Of a stretch of DNA of 64,000 nucleotides, positions 33,601 to 48,600 are shown piece by piece (the stretch's first letter is position 1; every line of letters starts with the position of its first letter). The notes below the pieces were generated by a model, which was not told the DNA's origin, did no database searches, and saw nothing but the letters and a program-made list of their open reading frames with translations. The DNA comes from Lytechinus pictus (Eukaryota). The translations under genes and the position numbers were made by a program. The stretch lies in contig NC_087251.1 in assembly GCF_037042905.1 (NCBI RefSeq), forward strand, positions 38,814,001 through 38,878,000. Direction: 5' to 3'.

Positions 33601-36600
33601 TTAGGATGCTAAAAAATTCCAGGGAGCGAAGACAGCTGATTTGGGGGGGTTTCGGGGGAAATATTGAACAAATATTATTTTGCTCAATTTTGGCCAATTT
33701 TGCCGAATTTTCCATGTCGCGGGTGGGGCAATGGGGTCAAAAATTCAAACTCCCTGGATCCTCTTGATTCTCGCTGTAATAATCGGTTAGGATGCTAAAA
33801 CATCCTAAGGAACGAAGACGGCTGATTTGGGGGGGTTTCAGGGGAAATATTGAACAAATATTATTTTGCTCAATTTTGGCCAATTTTGCCCAATTTTCCA
33901 TGTCGCGGGTGGGGCGAGGGGGTCGAAAATTAAAACTCCCTGGATCCTCTTGATTCTCGCTGTAATAATCGGTTAGGATGCTAAAACATCCCAGGGAGCG
34001 AAGACGGCTGATTTGGGGGGGTTTCGGGGAAAATATTGAACAAATATTATTTTGCTCAATTTTGGCCAATTTTGCCCAATTTTCCATGTCGTGGTGGGGC
34101 GAGGGGGGTCGAAAATTCAAACTCCCTGGATCCTCTTGATTCTCGCTGTAATAATCGGTTAGGATGCTAGAACATTCCAGGGAGTGAAGACGGCTGATTT
34201 GGGGGGGTTTCGGGGGAAATATTGAACAATTATTATTTTGCTCAATTTTGGCCAATTTTGCCCAATTTTCCATGTCGCGGTTGGGGCGAGGGGGTCGAAA
34301 ATTCGAAGTCCCTGGATCTTCTTGATTCTCGCTGTAATAATCGGTTAGGATGCTAAAACATCCCAGGGAGCGAAGACGGCTGATTTGGGGGGGTTTCGGG
34401 GGAAATATTGAACAAATATTATTTTGCTCAATTTTGGCCAATTTTGCCCAATTTTCCATGTCGCGGGTGGGGCGAGGGGGTCGAAAATTAAAACTCCCTG
34501 GATCCTCTTGATTCTCGCTGTAATAATCTGTTAGGATGCTAAAACATCCCAGGGAGCAAAGACGGCTGATTTGGGGGGGTTTCGGGGGAAATATTGAACA
34601 AATATTATTTTGCTCAATTTTGGCCAATTTTGCCCAATTTTCCATGTCGCGGTGGGGCGAGAGGGTCGAAAATTCAAACTCCCTGGATCCTCTTGATTCT
34701 CGCTGTAATAATCGGTAAGGATGCTAAAACATCCCAGGGAGCAAAGACGGCTGATTTGGGGGGATTTCGGGGGAAATATTGAACAAATATTATTTTGCTC
34801 AATTTTGGCCAATTTTGCCCAATTTTCCATGTCGCGGTTGGGGCGAGGGGGTCGAAAATTCAAACTCCCTGGATCCTCTTGATTCTTGCTGTAATAATCG
34901 GTTAGGATGCTAAAACATCCCAGGGAGCGAAGACGGCTGATTTGGGGGGGTTTCGGGGGAAATATTGAACAAATATTATTTTGCTCAATTTTGGCCAATT
35001 TTGCCCAATTTTCCATGTCGCGGGTGGGGCGAGGGGGTCGAAAATTCAAACTCCCTGGATCCTCTTGATTCTCGCTGTAATAATCGGTTAGGATGCTAAA
35101 ACATCCCAGGGAGCAAAGACGGCTGATTTGGGGGGGTTTCGGGGGAAATATTGAACAAATATTATTTTGCTCAATTTTTGCCAATTTTGCCCAATTTTCC
35201 ATGTCGCGGTTGGGGCGAGGGGGTCGAAAATTCAAAGTCCCTGGATCTTCTTGATTCTCGCTGTAATAATCGGTTAGGATGCTAAAAAATTCCAGGGAGC
35301 GAAGACAGCTGATTTGGGGGGGTTTCGGGGGAAATATTGAACAAATATTATTTTGCTCAATTTTGGCCAATTTTGCCGAATTTTCCATGTCGCGGGTGGG
35401 GCAATGGGGTCAAAAATTCAAACTCCCTGGATCCTCTTGATTCTCGCTGTAATAATCGGTTAGGATGCTAAAACATCCTAAGGAACGAAGACGGCTGATT
35501 TGGGGGGGTTTCAGGGGAAATATTGAACAAATATTATTTTGCTCAATTTTGGCCAATTTTGCCCAATTTTCCATGTCGCGGGTGGGGCGAGGGGGTCGAA
35601 AATTAAAACTCCCTGGATCCTCTTGATTCTCGCTGTAATAATCGGTTAGGATGCTAAAACATCCCAGGGAGCGAAGACGGCTGATTTGGGGGGGTTTCGG
35701 GGAAAATATTGAACAAATATTATTTTGCTCAATTTTGGCCAATTTTGCCCAATTTTCCATGTCGTGGTGGGGCGAGGGGGGTCGAAAATTCAAACTCCCT
35801 GGATCCTCTTGATTCTCGCTGTAATAATCGGTTAGGATGCTAGAACATTCCAGGGAGTGAAGACGGCTGATTTGGGGGGGTTTCGGGGGAAATATTGAAC
35901 AATTATTATTTTGCTCAATTTTGGCCAATTTTGCCCAATTTTCCATGTCGCGGTTGGGGCGAGGGGGTCGAAAATTCGAAGTCCCTGGATCTTCTTGATT
36001 CTCGCTGTAATAATCGGTTAGGATGCTAAAACATCCCAGGGAGCGAAGACGGCTGATTTGGGGGGGTTTCGGGGGAAATATTGAACAAATATTATTTTGC
36101 TCAATTTTGGCCAATTTTGCCCAATTTTCCATGTCGCGGGTGGGGCGAGGGGGTCGAAAATTCAAACTCCCTGGATCCTCTTGATTCTCGCTGTAATAAT
36201 CGGTTAGGATGCTAAAACATCCCAGGGAGCGAAGACGGCTGATTTGGGGGGGTTTCGGGGGAAATATTGAACAAATATTATTTTGCTCAATTTTGGCCAA
36301 TTTTGCCCAATTTTCCATGTCGCGGGTGGGGCGAGGGGGTCAAAAATTCAAACTCCCTGGATCTTCTTGATTCTCGCTGTAATAATCGGTTAGGATGCTA
36401 AAACATTCCAGGGAGCGAAGACAGCTGATTTGGGGGGGTTTCGGGGGAAATATTGAACAAATATTATTTTGCTCAATTTTGGCCAATTTTGCCGAATTTT
36501 CCATGTCGCGGGTGGGGCAATGGGGTCGAAAATTCAAACTCCCTGGATCCTCTTGATTCTCGCTGTAATAATCGGTTAGGATGCTAAAACATCCTAAGGA

Positions 36601-39600
36601 GCGAAGACGGCTGATTTGGGAGGGTTTCAGGGGAAATATTGAACAAATATTATTTTGCTCAAATTTGGCCAATTTTGCCCAATTTTCCATGTCGCGGGTG
36701 GGGCGAGGGGGTCGAAAATTCAAACTCCCTGGATCCTCTTGATTCTCGCTGTAATAATCGGTTAGGATGCTAAAACATCCCAGGGAGCGAAGACGGCTGA
36801 TTTGGGGGGGTTTCGGGGAAAATATTGAACAAATATTATTTTGCTCAATTTTGGCAAATTTTGCCCAATTTTCCATGTCGCGGTGGGGCGTGGGGGTCGA
36901 AAATTCAAACTCCCTGGATCCTCTTGATTCTCGCTGTAACAATCGGTTAGGATGCTAAAACATCCCAGGGAGCAAAGACGGCTGATTTGGGGGGGTTTCG
37001 GGGGAAATATTGAACAAATATTATTTTGGTCAATTTTTGCCAATTTTGCCCAATTTTCCATGTCGCGGTTGGGGCGAGGGGGTCGAAAATTCAAACTCCC
37101 TGGATCCTCTTGATTCTCGCTGTAATAATCGGTTAGGATGCTAAAGCATCCCAGGGAGCAAAGACTGCTGATTTGGGGGGGTTTCGGGGGAAATATTGAA
37201 CAAATATTATTTTGGTCAATTTTTCCAATTTTGCCCAATTTTCCATGTCGCGGTTGGGGCGAGGGGGTCGAAAATTCAAACTCCCTGGATCCTCTTGATT
37301 CTCGCTGTAATAATCGGTTAGGATGCTAAAACATTCCAGGGAGCGAAGAAGGCTGATTTGGGGGGGTTGTGGGGGAAATATTGAACAAATATTATTTTGC
37401 TCAATTTTGGCCAATTTTGCCGAATTTTCCATGTCGCGGGTGGGGCAATGGGGTCGAAAATTCAAACTCCCTGGATCCTCTTGATTCTCGCTGTTATAAT
37501 CAGTTAGGATGCTAAAACATTCCAGGGAGCGAAGACAGCTGATTTGGGGGGGTTCTGGGGGAAATATTGAACAAATATTATTTTGCTCAATTTTGGCCAA
37601 TTTTGCCGAATTTTCCATGTCGCGGGTGGGGCAATGGGGTCGAAAATTCAAACTCTCTGGATCCTCTTGATTCTCGCTGTAATAATCGGTTAGGATGCTA
37701 GAACATCCTAAGGAGCAAGACGGCTGATTTGGGGGGGTTTCAGGGGAAATATTGAACAAATATTATTTTGCTCAATTTTGGCCAATTTTGCCCAATTTTC
37801 CATGTCGCGGGTGGGGCGAGGGGGTCGAAAATTAAAACTCCCTGGATCCTCTTGATTCTCGCTGTAATAATCTGTTAGGATGCTAAAACATCCCAGGGAG
37901 CAAAGACGGCTGATTTGGGGGGGTTTCGGGGGAAATATTGAACAAATATTATTTTGCTCAATTTTGGCCAATTTTGCCCAATTTTCCATGTCGCGGTGGG
38001 GCGAGAGGGTCGAAAATTCAAACTCCCTGGATCCTCTTGATTCTCGCTGTAATAATCGGTAAGGATGCTAAAACATCCCAGGGAGCAAAGACGGCTGATT
38101 TGGGGGGATTTCGGGGGAAATATTGAACAAATATTATTTTGCTCAATTTTTGCCAATTTTGCCCAATTTTCCATGTCGCGGTTGGGGCGAGGGGGTCGAA
38201 AATTCAAACTCCCTGGATCCTCTTGATTCTCGCTGTAATAATCGGTTAGGATGCTAAAACATTCCAGGGAGTGAAGACGGCTGATTTGGGGGGGTTCTGG
38301 GGGAAATATTGAACAAATATTATTTTGCTCAATTTTGGCAAATTTTCCCGAATTTTCCATGTCGCGGGTGGGGCAATGGGCTCGAAAATTCAAACTCCCT
38401 GGATCCTCTTGATTCTCGCTGTAATAATCGGTTAGGATGCTAAAACATCCCAGGGAGCGAAGACGGCTGATTTGGGGGGGTTTCGGGGGAAATATTGAAC
38501 AAATATTATTTTGCTCAATTTTGGCCAATTTTGCCCAATTTTTCATGTCGCGGGTGGGGCGAGGGGGTCAAAAATTCAAACTCCCTGGATCTTCTTGATT
38601 CTCGCTGTAATAATCGGTTAGGATGCTAAAACATTCCAGGGAGCAAAGACGGCTGATTTGGGGGGGTTTCGGGGGAAATATTGAACAAATATTATTTTGC
38701 TCAATTTTGGCCAATTTTGCCGAATTTTCCATGTCGCGGGTGGGGCAATGGGGTCGAAAATTCAAACTCCCTGGATCCTCTTGATTCTCGCTGTAATAAT
38801 CGGTTAGGATGCTAAAACATCCTAAGGAGCGAAGACGGCTCATTTTGGGGGGTTTCAGGGGAAATATTGAACAAATATTATTTTGCTCAAATTTGGCCAA
38901 TTTTGCCCAATTTTCCATGTCGCGGGTGGGGCGAGGGGGTCGAAAATTAAAACTCCCTGGATCCTCTTGATTCTCGCTGTAATAATCGGTTAGGATGCTA
39001 AAACATCCCAGGGAGCGAAGACGGCTGATTTGGGGGGGTTTCGGGGAAAATATTGAACAAATATTATTTTGCTCAATTTTGGCCAATTTTGCCCAATTTT
39101 CCATGTCGCGGTGGGGCGAGGGGGTCGAAAATTCAAACTCCCTGGATCCTCTTGATTCTCGCTGTAATAATCGGTTAGGATGCTAAAACATTCCAGGGAG
39201 TAATGACGGCTGATTTGGGGGGGTTCTGGGGGAAATATTGAACAAATATTATTTTGCTCATTTTTGGCAAATTTTGCCCAATTTTTCATGTTGCGGGTGG
39301 GGCGAGGGGGTCGAAAATTCAAACTCCCTGGATCCTCTTGATTCTCGCTGTAATAATCGGTTAGGATGCTAAAACATCCCAGGGAGCGAAGACGGCTGAT
39401 TTGGGGGGGTTTCGGGGGAAATATTGAACATGTTATTTTGCTCAATTTTGGCCAATTTTGCCCAATTTTCCATGTCGCGGGTGGGGCGAGGGGGTCGAAA
39501 ATTCAAACTCCCTGGATCCTCTTGATTCTTGCTGTAATAATCGGTTAGGATGCTAAATCATCCCAGGGAGGAAAGACGGCTGATTTGGGGGGGTTTCGGG

Positions 39601-42600
39601 GGAAATATTGAACAAATATTATTTTGCTCAATTTTGGCCAATTTTGTCAACTTTTCCATGTCGCGGGTGGGGCGAGGGGGTCGAAAATTCAAACTCCCTG
39701 GATCCTCTTGATTCTCGCTGTAATAATCGGTTAGGATGCTAAAACATCCCAGGGAGCAAAGACGGCTGATTTGGGGGGGTTTCGGGGGAAATATTGAACC
39801 AAAATTTTTTTCCTCAATTTTCCATGTCGCGGTTGGGGCGAGGGGGTCGAAAATTCAAAGTCCCTGGATCTTCTTGATTCTCGCTGTAATAATCGGTTAG
39901 GATGCTAAAACATTCCAGGGAGCGTAGACAGCTGATTTGGGGGGGTTTCGGGGGAAATATTGAACAAATATTATTTTGCTCAATTTTGGCCAATTTTGCC
40001 CAATTTTCCATGTCGCGGGTGGGGCAATGGGGTCGAAAATTCAAACTCCCTGGATCATCTTGATTCTCGCTGTAATAATCGGTTAGGATGCTAAAACATC
40101 CTAAGGAGCGAAGACGGCTGATTTGGGGGGGTTTCAGGGGAAATATTGAACAAATATTATTTTGCTCAATTTTGGCCAATTTTGCCCAATTTTCCATGTC
40201 GCGGGTGGGGCGAGGGGGTCGAAAATTAAAACTCCCTGGATCCTCTTGATTCTTGCTGTAATAATCGGTTAGGATGCTAAAACATCCCAGGGAGCGAAGA
40301 CGGCTGATTTAGGGGGGTTTCGGGGGAAATATTGAACAAATATTATTTTGCTCAATTTTGCCCAATTTTCCATGTCGCGGGTGGGGCGAGGGGGTCGAAA
40401 ATTCAAACTCCCTGGATCCTCTTGATTCTCGCTGTAATAATCGGTTAGGATGCTAAAACATCCCAGGGAGCAAAGACGGCTGATTTGGGGGGGTTTCGGG
40501 GGAAATATTGAACAAATATTATTTTGCTCAATTTTGGCCAATTTTGTCAAATTTTCCATGTCGCGGGTGGGGCGAGGGGGTCGAAAATTCAAAGTCCCTG
40601 GATCCTCTTGATTCTCTCTGTAATAATCGGTAAGGATGCTAAAACATCCCAGGGAGCAAAGACGGCTGATTTGGGGGGGTTTCGGGGGAAATATTGAACA
40701 AATATTATTTTGGTCAATTTTTGCCAATTTTTGCCAATTTTGCCCAATTTTCCATGTCGCGGTTGGGGCGAGGGGGTCGAAAATTCAAACTCCCTGGATC
40801 CTCTTGATTTTCGCTGTAATAATCGGTTAGGATGCTAAAACATTCCAGGGAGTGAAGACGGCTGATTTGGGGGGGTTCTGGGGGAAATATTGAACAAATA
40901 TTATTTTGCTCAATTTTGGCCAATTTTGCCCAATTTTCCATGTCGCGGTGGGGCGAGGGGGTCAAAAATTCAAACTCCCTGGATCTTCTTGATTCTCGCT
41001 GTAATAATCGGTTAGGATGCTAAAACATTCCAGGGAGCGAAGACAGCTGATTTGGGGGGGTTTCGGGGGAAATATTGAACAAATATTATTTTGCTCAATT
41101 TTGGCCAATTTTGCCGAATTTTCCATGTCGCGGGTGGGGCAATGGGGTCGAAAATTCAAACTCCCTGGATCCTCTTGATTCTCGCTGTAATAATCGGTTA
41201 GGATGCTAAAACATCCTAAGGAGCGAAGACGGCTGATTTTGGGGGGGTTTCAGGGGAAATATTGAACAAATATTATTTTGCTCAAATTTGGCCAATTTTG
41301 CCCAATTTTCCATGTCGCGGGTGGGGCGAGGGGGTCGAAAATTCAAACTCCCTGGATCCTCTTGATTCTCGCTGTAATAATCGGTTAGGATGCTAAAACA
41401 TCCCAGGGAGCGAAGACGGCTGATTTGGGGGGGTTTCGGGGAAAATATTGAACAAATATTATTTTGCTCAATTTTGGCCAATTTTGCCCAATTTTCCATA
41501 TCGCGGTGGGGCGAGGGGGTCGAAAATTCAAACTCCCTGGATCCTCTTGATTCTCGCTATAACAATCGGTTAGGATGCTAAAACATCCCAGGGAGCAAAG
41601 ACGGCTGATTTGGGGGGGTTTCGGGGGAAATATTGAACAAATATTATTTTGGTCAATTTTTGCCAATTTTGCCCAATTTTCCATGTCGCGGTTGGGGCGA
41701 GGGGGTCGAAAATTCAAACTCCCTGGATCCTCTTGATTCTCGCTGTAATAATCGGTTAGGATGCTAAAGCATCCCAGGGAGCAAAGACTGCTGATTTGGG
41801 GGGGTTTCGGGGGAAATATTGAACAAATATTATTTTGGTCAATTTTTCCAATTTTGCCCAATTTTCCATGTCGCGGTTGGGGCGAGGGGGTCGAAAATTC
41901 AAACTCCCTGGATCCTCTTGATTCTCGCTGTAATAATCGGTTAGGATGCTAAAACATTCCAGGGAGCGAAGAAGGCTGATTTGGGGGGGTTGTGGGGGAA
42001 ATATTGAACAAATATTATTTTGCTCAATTTTGGCCAATTTTGCCGAATTTTCCATGTCGCGGGTGGGGCAATGGGGTCGAAAATTCAAACTCCCTGGATC
42101 CTCTTGATTCTCGCTGTTATAATCAGTTAGGATGCTAAAACATTCCAGGGAGCGAAGACAGCTGATTTGGGGGGGTTCTGGGGGAAATATTGAACAAATA
42201 TTATTTTGCTCAATTTTGGCCAATTTTGCCGAATTTTCCATGTCGCGGGTGGGGCAATGGGGTCGAAAATTCAAACTCTCTGGATCCTCTTGATTCTCGC
42301 TGTAATAATCGGTTAGGATGCTAGAACATCCTAAGGAGCAAGACGGCTGATTTGGGGGGGTTTCAGGGGAAATATTGAACAAATATTATTTTGCTCAATT
42401 TTGGCCAATTTTGCCCAATTTTCCATGTCGCGGGTGGGGCGAGGGGGTCGAAAATTAAAACTCCCTGGATCCTCTTGATTCTCGCTGTAATAATCTGTTA
42501 GGATGCTAAAACATCCCAGGGAGCAAAGACGGCTGATTTGGGGGGGTTTCGGGGGAAATATTGAACAAATATTATTTTGCTCAATTTTGGCCAATTTTGC

Positions 42601-45600
42601 CCAATTTTCCATGTCGCGGTGGGGCGAGAGGGTCGAAAATTCAAACTCCCTGGATCCTCTTGATTCTCGCTGTAATAATCGGTAAGGATGCTAAAACATC
42701 CCAGGGAGCAAAGACGGCTGATTTGGGGGGATTTCGGGGGAAATATTGAACAAATATTATTTTGCTCAATTTTTGCCAATTTTGCCCAATTTTCCATGTC
42801 GCGGTTGGGGCGAGGGGGTCGAAAATTCAAACTCCCTGGATCCTCTTGATTCTCGCTGTAATAATCGGTTAGGATGCTAAAACATTCCAGGGAGTGAAGA
42901 CGGCTGATTTGGGGGGGTTCTGGGGGAAATATTGAACAAATATTATTTTGCTCAATTTTGGCAAATTTTCCCGAATTTTCCATGTCGCGGGTGGGGCAAT
43001 GGGCTCGAAAATTCAAACTCCCTGGATCCTCTTGATTCTCGCTGTAATAATCGGTTAGGATGCTAAAACATCCCAGGGAGCGAAGACGGCTGATTTGGGG
43101 GGGTTTCGGGGGAAATATTGAACAAATATTATTTTGCTCAATTTTGGCCAATTTTGCCCAATTTTTCATGTCGCGGGTGGGGCGAGGGGGTCAAAAATTC
43201 AAACTCCCTGGATCTTCTTGATTCTCGCTGTAATAATCGGTTAGGATGCTAAAACATTCCAGGGAGCGAAGACAGCTGATTTGGGGGGGTTTCGGGGGAA
43301 ATATTGAACAAATATTATTTTGCTCAATTTTGGCCAATTTTGCCGAATTTTCCATGTCGCGGGTGGGGCAATGGGGTCGAAAATTCAAACTCCCTGGATC
43401 CTCTTGATTCTCGCTGTAATAATCGGTTAGGATGCTAAAACATCCTAAGGAGCGAAGACGGCTCATTTTGGGGGGTTTCAGGGGAAATATTGAACAAATA
43501 TTATTTTGCTCAAATTTGGCCAATTTTGCCCAATTTTCCATGTCGCGGGTGGGGCGAGGGGGTCGAAAATTAAAACTCCCTGGATCCTCTTGATTCTCGC
43601 TGTAATAATCGGTTAGGATGCTAAAACATCCCAGGGAGCGAAGACGGCTGATTTGGGGGGGTTTCGGGGAAAATATTGAACAAATATTATTTTGCTCAAT
43701 TTTGGCCAATTTTGCCCAATTTTCCATGTCGCGGTGGGGCGAGGGGGTCGAAAATTCAAACTCCCTGGATCCTCTTGATTCTCGCTGTAATAATCGGTTA
43801 GGATGCTAAAACATTCCAGGGAGTAATGACGGCTGATTTGGGGGGGTTCTGGGGGAAATATTGAACAAATATTATTTTGCTCATTTTTGGCAAATTTTGC
43901 CCAATTTTCCATGTTGCGGGTGGGGCGAGGGGGTCGAAAATTCAAACTCCCTGGATCCTCTTGATTCTCGCTGTAATAATCGGTTAGGATGCTAAAACAT
44001 CCCAGGGAGCAAAGACGGCTGATTTGGGGGGGTTTCGGGGGAAATATTGAACATGTTATTTTGCTCAATATTGGCCAATTTTGCCCAATTTTCCATGTCG
44101 CGGGTGGGGCGAGGGGGTCGAAAATTCAAACTCCCTGGATCCTCTTGATTCTTGCTGTAATAATCGGTTAGGATGCTAAAACATCCCAGGGAGGAAAGAC
44201 GGCTGATTTGGGGGGGTTTCGGGGGAAATATTGAACAAATATTATTTTGCTCAATTTTGGCCAATTTTGTCAACTTTTCCATGTCGCGGGTGGGGCGAGG
44301 GGGTCGAAAATTCAAACTCCCTGGATCCTCTTGATTCTCGCTGTAATAATCGGTTAGGATGCTAAAACATCCCAGGGAGCAAAGACGGCTGATTTGGGGG
44401 GGTTTCGGGGGAAATATTGAACAAATATTATTTTGCTCAATTTTGCCCAATTTTCCATGTCGCGGTTGGGGCGAGGGGGTCGAAAATTCAAAGTCCCTGG
44501 ATCTTCTTGATTCTCGCTGTAATAATCGGTTAGGATGCTAAAACATTCCAGGGAGCGAAGACAGCTGATTTGGGGGGGTTTCGGGGGAAATATTGAACAA
44601 ATATTATTTTGCTCAATTTTGGCCAATTTTGCCAAATTTTCCATGTCGCGGGTGGGGCAATGGGGTCGAAAATTCAAACTCCCTGGATCATCTTGATTCT
44701 CGCTGTAATAATCGGTTAGGATGCTAAAACATCCTAAGGAGCGAAGACGGCTGATTTGGGGGGGTTTCAGGGGAAATATTGAACAAATATTATTTTGCTC
44801 AATTTTGGCCAATTTTGCCCAATTTTCCATGTCGCGGGTGGGGCGAGGGGGTCGAAAATTAAAACTCCCTGGATCCTCTTGATTCTTGCTGTAATAATCG
44901 GTTAGGATGCTAAAACATCCCAGGGAGCGAAGACGGCTGATTTAGGGGGGTTTCGGGGGAAATATTGAACAAATATTATTTTGCTCAATTTTGCCCAATT
45001 TTCCATGTCGCGGGTGGGGCGAGGGGGTCGAAAATTCAAACTCCCTGGATCCTCTTGATTCTCGCTGTAATAATCGGTTAGGATGCTAAAACATCCCAGG
45101 GAGCAAAGACGGCTGATTTGGGGGGGTTTCGGGGGAAATATTGAACAAATATTATTTTGCTCAATTTTGGCCAATTTTGTCAAATTTTCCATGTCGCGGG
45201 TGGGGCGAGGGGGTCGAAAATTCAAACTCCCTGGATCCTCTTGATTCTCTCTGTAATAATCGGTAAGGATGCTAAAACATCCCAGGGAGCAAAGACGGCT
45301 GATTTGGGGGGGTTTCGGGGGAAATATTGAACAAATATTATTTTGGTCAATTTTTGCCAATTTTTGCCAATTTTGCCCAATTTTCCATGTCGCGGGTGGG
45401 GCGAGGGGGTCGAAAATTCAAACTCCCTGGATCCTCTTGATTCTCGCTGTAATAATCGGTTAGGATGCTAAAACATCCCAGGGAGCGAAGACGGCTGATT
45501 TGGGGGGGTTTCGGGGAAAATATTGAACAAATATTATTTTGCTCAATTTTGGCCAATTTCGCCCAATTTTCCATGTCGCGGTGGGGCGAGGGGGTCGAAA

Positions 45601-48600
45601 ATTCAAACTCCCTGGATCCTCTTGATTCTCGCTGTAACAATCGGTTAGGATGCTAAAACATCCCAGGGAGCAAAGACGGCTGATTTGGGGGGGTTTCGGG
45701 GGAAATATTGAACAAATATTATTTTGGTCAATTTTTGCCAATTTTGCCAAATTTTCCATGTCGCGGTTGGGGCGAGGGGGTCGAAAATTCAAACTCCCTG
45801 GATCCTCTTGATTCTCGCTGTAATAATCGGTTAGGATGCTAAAGCATCCCAGGGAGCAAAGACTGCTGATTTGGGGGGGTTTCGGGGGAAATATTGAACA
45901 AATAATATTTTGGTCAATTTTTCCAATTTTGCCCAATTTTCCATGTCGCGGTTGGGGTGAGGGGGTCGAAAATTCAAACTCCCTGGATCCTCTTGATTCT
46001 CGCTGTAATAATCGGTTAGGATGCTAAAACATTCCAGGGAGCGAAGAAGGCTGATTTGGGGGGGTTCTGGGGGAAATATTGAAAAAATATTATTTTGCTC
46101 AATTTTGGCCAATTTTGCCGAATTTTCCATGTCGCGGGTGGGGCAATGGGGTCGAAAATTCAAACTCCCTGGATCCTCTTGATTCTCGCTGTTATAATCA
46201 GTTAGGATGCTAAAACATTCCAGAGAGCGAAGACAGCTGATTTGGGGGGGTTCTGGGGGAAATATTGAACAAATATTATTTTGCTCAATTTTGGCCAATT
46301 TTGCCGAATTTTCCCTGTCGCGGGTGGGGCAATGGGGTCGAAAATTCAAACTCTCTGGATCCTCTTGATTCTCGCTGTAATAATCGGTTAGGATGCTAAA
46401 ACATCCCAGGGAGCAAAGACGGCTGATTTGGGGGGGTTTCGGGGGAAATATTGAACAAATATTATTTTGCTCAATTTTGGCCAATTTTGTCAAATTTTCC
46501 ATGTCGCGGGTGGGGCGAGGGGGTCGAAAATTCAAACTCCCTGGATCCTCTTGATTCTCTCTGTAATAATCGGTAAGGATGCTAAAACATCCCAGGGAGC
46601 AAAGACGGCTGATTTGGGGGGGTTTCGGGGGAAATATTGAACAAATATTATTTTGGTCAATTTTTGCCAATTTTTGCCAATTTTGCCCAATTTTCCATGT
46701 CGCGGGTGGGGCGAGGGGGTCGAAAATTCAAACTCCCTGGATCCTCTTGATTCTCGCTGTAATAATCGGTTAGGATGCTAAAACATCCCAGGGAGCGAAG
46801 ACGGCTGATTTGGGGGGGTTTCGGGGAAAATATTGAACAAATATTATTTTGCTCAATTTTGGCCAATTTCGCCCAATTTTCCATGTCGCGGTGGGGCGAG
46901 GGGGTCGAAAATTCAAACTCCCTGGATCCTCTTGATTCTCGCTGTAACAATCGGTTAGGATGCTAAAACATCCCAGGGAGCAAAGACGGCTGATTTGGGG
47001 GGGTTTCGGGGGAAATATTGAACAAATATTATTTTGGTCAATTTTTGCCAATTTTGCCAAATTTTCCATGTCGCGGTTGGGGCGAGGGGGTCGAAAATTC
47101 AAACTCCCTGGATCCTCTTGATTCTCGCTGTAATAATCGGTTAGGATGCTAAAGCATCCCAGGGAGCAAAGACTGCTGATTTGGGGGGGTTTCGGGGGAA
47201 ATATTGAACAAATAATATTTTGGTCAATTTTTCCAATTTTGCCCAATTTTCCATGTCGCGGTTGGGGTGAGGGGGTCGAAAATTCAAACTCCCTGGATCC
47301 TCTTGATTCTCGCTGTAATAATCGGTTAGGATGCTAAAACATTCCAGGGAGCGAAGAAGGCTGATTTGGGGGGGTTCTGGGGGAAATATTGAAAAAATAT
47401 TATTTTGCTCAATTTTGGCCAATTTTGCCGAATTTTCCATGTCGCGGGTGGGGCAATGGGGTCGAAAATTCAAACTCCCTGGATCCTCTTGATTCTCGCT
47501 GTTATAATCAGTTAGGATGCTAAAACATTCCAGAGAGCGAAGACAGCTGATTTGGGGGGGTTCTGGGGGAAATATTGAACAAATATTATTTTGCTCAATT
47601 TTGGCCAATTTTGCCGAATTTTCCATGTCGCGGGTGGGGCAATGGGGTCGAAAATTCAAACTCTCTGGATCCTCTTGATTCTCGCTGTAATAATCGGTTA
47701 GGATGCTAGAACATCCTAAGGAGCAAGACGGCTGATTTGGGGGGGTTTCAGGGGAAATATTGAACAAATATTATTTTGCTCAATTTTGGCCAATTTTGCC
47801 CAATTTTCCATGTCGCGGGTGGGGCGAGGGGGTCGAAAATTAAAACTCCCTGGATCCTCTTGATTCTCGCTGTAATAATCTGTTAGGATGCTAAAACATC
47901 CCAGGGAGCAAAGACGGCTGATTTGGGGGGGTTTCGGGGGAAATATTGAACAAATATTATTTTGCTCAATTTTGGCCAATTTTGCCCAATTTTCCATGTC
48001 GCGGGTGGGGCGAGGGGGTCGAAAATTCAAACTAGCTGGATCCTCTTGATTCTCGCTGTAATAATCGGTTAGGATGCTAAAACATTCCAGGGAGTGAAGA
48101 CGGCTGATTTGGGGGGGTTCTGGGGGAAATATTGAACAAATATTATTTTGCTCAATTTTGGCCAATTTTGCCCAATTTTCCATGTCGCGGGTGGGGCGAG
48201 GGGGTCAAAAATTCAAACTCCCTGGATCCTCTTGATTCTCGCTGTAATAATCGGTTAGGATGCTAAAACATCCCAGGGAGCGAAGACGGCTGATTTGGGG
48301 GGGTTTCGGGGGAAATATTGAACAAATGTTATTTTGCTCAATTTTGGCCAATTTTGCCCAATTTTCCATGTCGCGGGTGGGGCGAGGGGGTCGAAAATTC
48401 AAACTCCCTGGATCCTCTTGATTCTCGCTGTAATAATCGGTTAGGATGCTAAAACATCCCAGGGAGCAAAGACGGCTGATTTGGGGGGGGTTTCGGGGGA
48501 AATATTGAACAAATAATATTTTGCTCAATTTTGGCCAATTTTGCCCAATTTTCCATGTCGCGGTGGGGCGAGGGGGGTCGAAAATTCAAACTCCCTGGAT

